Position numbers and translations under genes: made by a program | In this document: positions 63,001-64,000 of the stretch, one piece after another | Numbering within the stretch: the first letter of the stretch is position 1 | How the letters are laid out: each line of letters begins with the position of its first letter | Notes under the pieces: generated by a model | What the model was told of the DNA's origin: nothing | Database searches by the model: none | Seen by the model: the letters and a program-made list of their open reading frames with translations, nothing else | NCBI GenBank assembly: GCA_907165135.1 | Contig: OU015567.1 | Coordinates: 1,426,001 to 1,490,000 of the forward strand | Source: Oikopleura dioica | Taxonomy: Eukaryota; Animalia; Chordata | Direction of reading: 5' to 3' | Length of the DNA stretch: 64,000 nucleotides

Positions 63001-63678
63001 TGGATCCTTTTCCATGTGAAATCCCCTGGCGATTGGAATGCCCTTGGGAATCTCGATTTTCGATCCAGTGGTGTTCTGAACTAGCACCATGAGCGTTGGA
63101 TCTGGGTTGTACGTAGCTTCGACGACTGTCAGGTTATTTTCAAAAAGAAATCCCTTATCATCAGGACCGACAACAACACATCCCTCTTCCTCCCTGATTG
63201 GACACTCGACGGGCACGGGAGTGATTCCGAACGCCTCGATTGTTATATTGTTCACTGAATTAAGGCGTATGTCTGTGCCATAATGAACCAGCTCGGTAGT
63301 GTCTTGATCGAGAGTGATCAGGTTGTTCGCCTTATCGATAACGACTCGGTCATAATCGGATAAGCCGATGATCATGTCATACGACATTTGGGGGTAGATG
63401 TAGAATGTTATTTGCCTAACTCGACCTCCGATCGATACTGGGAGCGTTATTTGCGATTTGATTTGGCATTTGGAACTATTTGCGACCCGAATTTGAGCGT
63501 TGGTTTTGACCGGTGGATGAGTTGAAGTAAATTTATCTGCAACTCGGGGATGAATTAACTGACAGTTACAGCCACTATCGGCAAGTGCAGAAAATTCTTG
63601 GCCATTGATGGAAACGCGAAAATGGGGCAGAAAAGTTGGGGAGCTGACAGTGTGAACCTCGGGCACTTCCGGGCCTAG
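60055..63678 (-). CDS. pol: Pol polyprotein: protease, RT, RNase H, integrase
   Basis: LADSG protease; LMDD RT; LVTDGS RNase H; H..H..C..C and D-D-E (YLDLC, FDNGLEF, TERKF) integrase; uninterrupted 1203-aa ORF. Confidence 0.96.
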   Translation of the reverse strand, partial: LGPEVPEVHTVSSPTFLPHFRVSINGQEFSALADSGCNCQLIHPRVADKFTSTHPPVKTNAQIRVANSSKCQIKSQITLPVSIGGRVRQITFYIYPQMSYDMIIGLSDYDRVVIDKANNLITLDQDTTELVHYGTDIRLNSVNNITIEAFGITPVPVECPIREEEGCVVVGPDDKGFLFENNLTVVEATYNPDPTLMVLVQNTTGSKIEIPKGIPIARGFHMEKDPGGNLRCNELIHLYSSDDQDSEFKEHLLSRELRYTPSKSDAYKNVKLGEKLTAAQKSQVLGVLSKERTAFSTCPDDIGLLRNTAFRIHLKDENAEIYEKPRAPRQAIREKGDQVIKRWLDNKIIKECASRYNLPLFFIAKRDGSARPILDARALNLETIPDRWPIPCLKSLMTRVSETFAKAKGNLWVSSSDICSAFNQIRLFSEDTHKCAFSYGDKQYQAQRMLFGLRNSPSCFARAVSRIFQDDPEVMILMDDLLILSQSFEDHLKALERVLKKLKECGVTLKVEKTFICSSSFDYLGFTVTSKGVAPIRSKVQAILDFPRPKSRKQTRSFIGLGVFYRHFIKDASAILEPLHKLCAPSKEPFTWTPVHQESFEKFKLNLAAATELAHRDPELPLVLVTDGSTKAIAGALHQKLPSGHLQPLGYFSRALVSAEAKLASRYIELAAVVCALEYFEDQVYLQPVTVVSDHFSLQKVLEEKRMRKSLPVRVVNLIQRLTRFNVSSIEHVKGTDPMMVGIDALSRAVPISEFDDFAEPDDIDRGVSNVIRLEPGFDSIYSCLQIETRRARRIRKNNSDAPILTIGDTGFTAAQLNRIQKSDAFLQKLLQKDLVTLDEREIYVEKENKDIIFLPYELALQVASFLHVCKAHPGTGCLSEILRRKFIMRNPQAVAREICNSCLKCLQIKPRPALRNIDIPKPEIASQPWERVYLDLCDFGSVDQDGCRYLLAGVDQMTRFVVCKPLRTKSASEVAQGILELILSNNAMGGRFTFDNGLEFANQHVTELLEKFNIKISRISPYSPQGNLTERKFRSIGIKSKILSLDPATWSKEIAFVVYHLNNTPCSTLGNLTPSECISGRPMPYPTFCLPDDPKGTGDPEDWAAYCSGWLHRIAGELQSKFLARLPGKDLPEAPQEGSIPVGRKVAFWSPQKPNTSRKAYVQYAGLARVVRYLRFGSYELEELGTGNRLVRNIRHLRLAPEDPKE

Positions 63679-64000
63679 TCAATGGTTATTTCTGGCCGAG
63701 TACGGACAAGCAGCGGGGAAGTGTCTCGGAGGGTAACCCTCCGAGTTGAGTGGGCAGTGGTGGCATCGAGGCTTCTGACTACCCCGAGGCTTCTGGGGCT
63801 TGTCATCAGAGCGAGAACTGGGTGGTGCACTCGACTCCGCTGCATTGACCGATTTTGTATTGAGAGCCTTGAGCTGCGCTAGAATAGCAGTGAGAGCACT
63901 CGCGTTTTCTTCGTTGCTCTTGTCGAGTTTTTTCTCAAGGCGGTCCATTCTAAGCTCAGCCTCTCTAAATCGATCATTTCCGCCGCGCATCTGTTCCAGT
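63679..64000 (-). CDS. gag: Gag C-terminus with atypical zinc knuckle
   Basis: Coiled region then C-x2-C-x10-H-x4-C (CHHCPLNSEGYPPRHFPAAC), in frame with pol. Confidence 0.8.
   Translation of the reverse strand, partial: LEQMRGGNDRFREAELRMDRLEKKLDKSNEENASALTAILAQLKALNTKSVNAAESSAPPSSRSDDKPQKPRGSQKPRCHHCPLNSEGYPPRHFPAACPYSARNNH

Larger units (their letters stand above)
56503..64000 (-). mobile_element. Ty3/gypsy LTR retrotransposon with env (Tor-like), 5' part outside window
   Basis: Order gag-pol-env-3'UTR-PPT-LTR on the minus strand. Confidence 0.93.

Noticed and set aside
63679-63681. Selenocysteine recoding of the gag UGA
   Set aside because: No SECIS recognised; CUAG context explains readthrough more simply

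Overview
Compact, AT-rich animal DNA with very short introns, some non-canonical (GA-AG), plus nested genes. These traits and an env-bearing Ty3/gypsy element point to a larvacean tunicate of the Oikopleura type (inference, no database check). Host genes: ABCG half-transporter, a secreted bacterial-style (alpha/alpha)-barrel protein, TPGS2-like, three C-type lectin genes, an Ig membrane protein, chitin synthase (with an exonuclease/zinc-finger gene in an intron), SNX9/18/33, a GH128-like glucanase, a serine protease and its broken paralog, a PLP aminotransferase, and VWA and LRR proteins. Mobile DNA is abundant. It includes several MITE families, two of them inserted in apparent coding exons, and a three-tier nested long-TIR element carrying a small spliced cargo gene. 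The last 7.5 kb is a Tor-like LTR retrotransposon (minus strand, 5' end outside the window) with an in-frame gag UGA-CUAG pol junction, a splice acceptor directly before env, and an unexplained 3-periodic repeat region before the 3' LTR. Gene models were spliced by eye, so boundaries are approximate.
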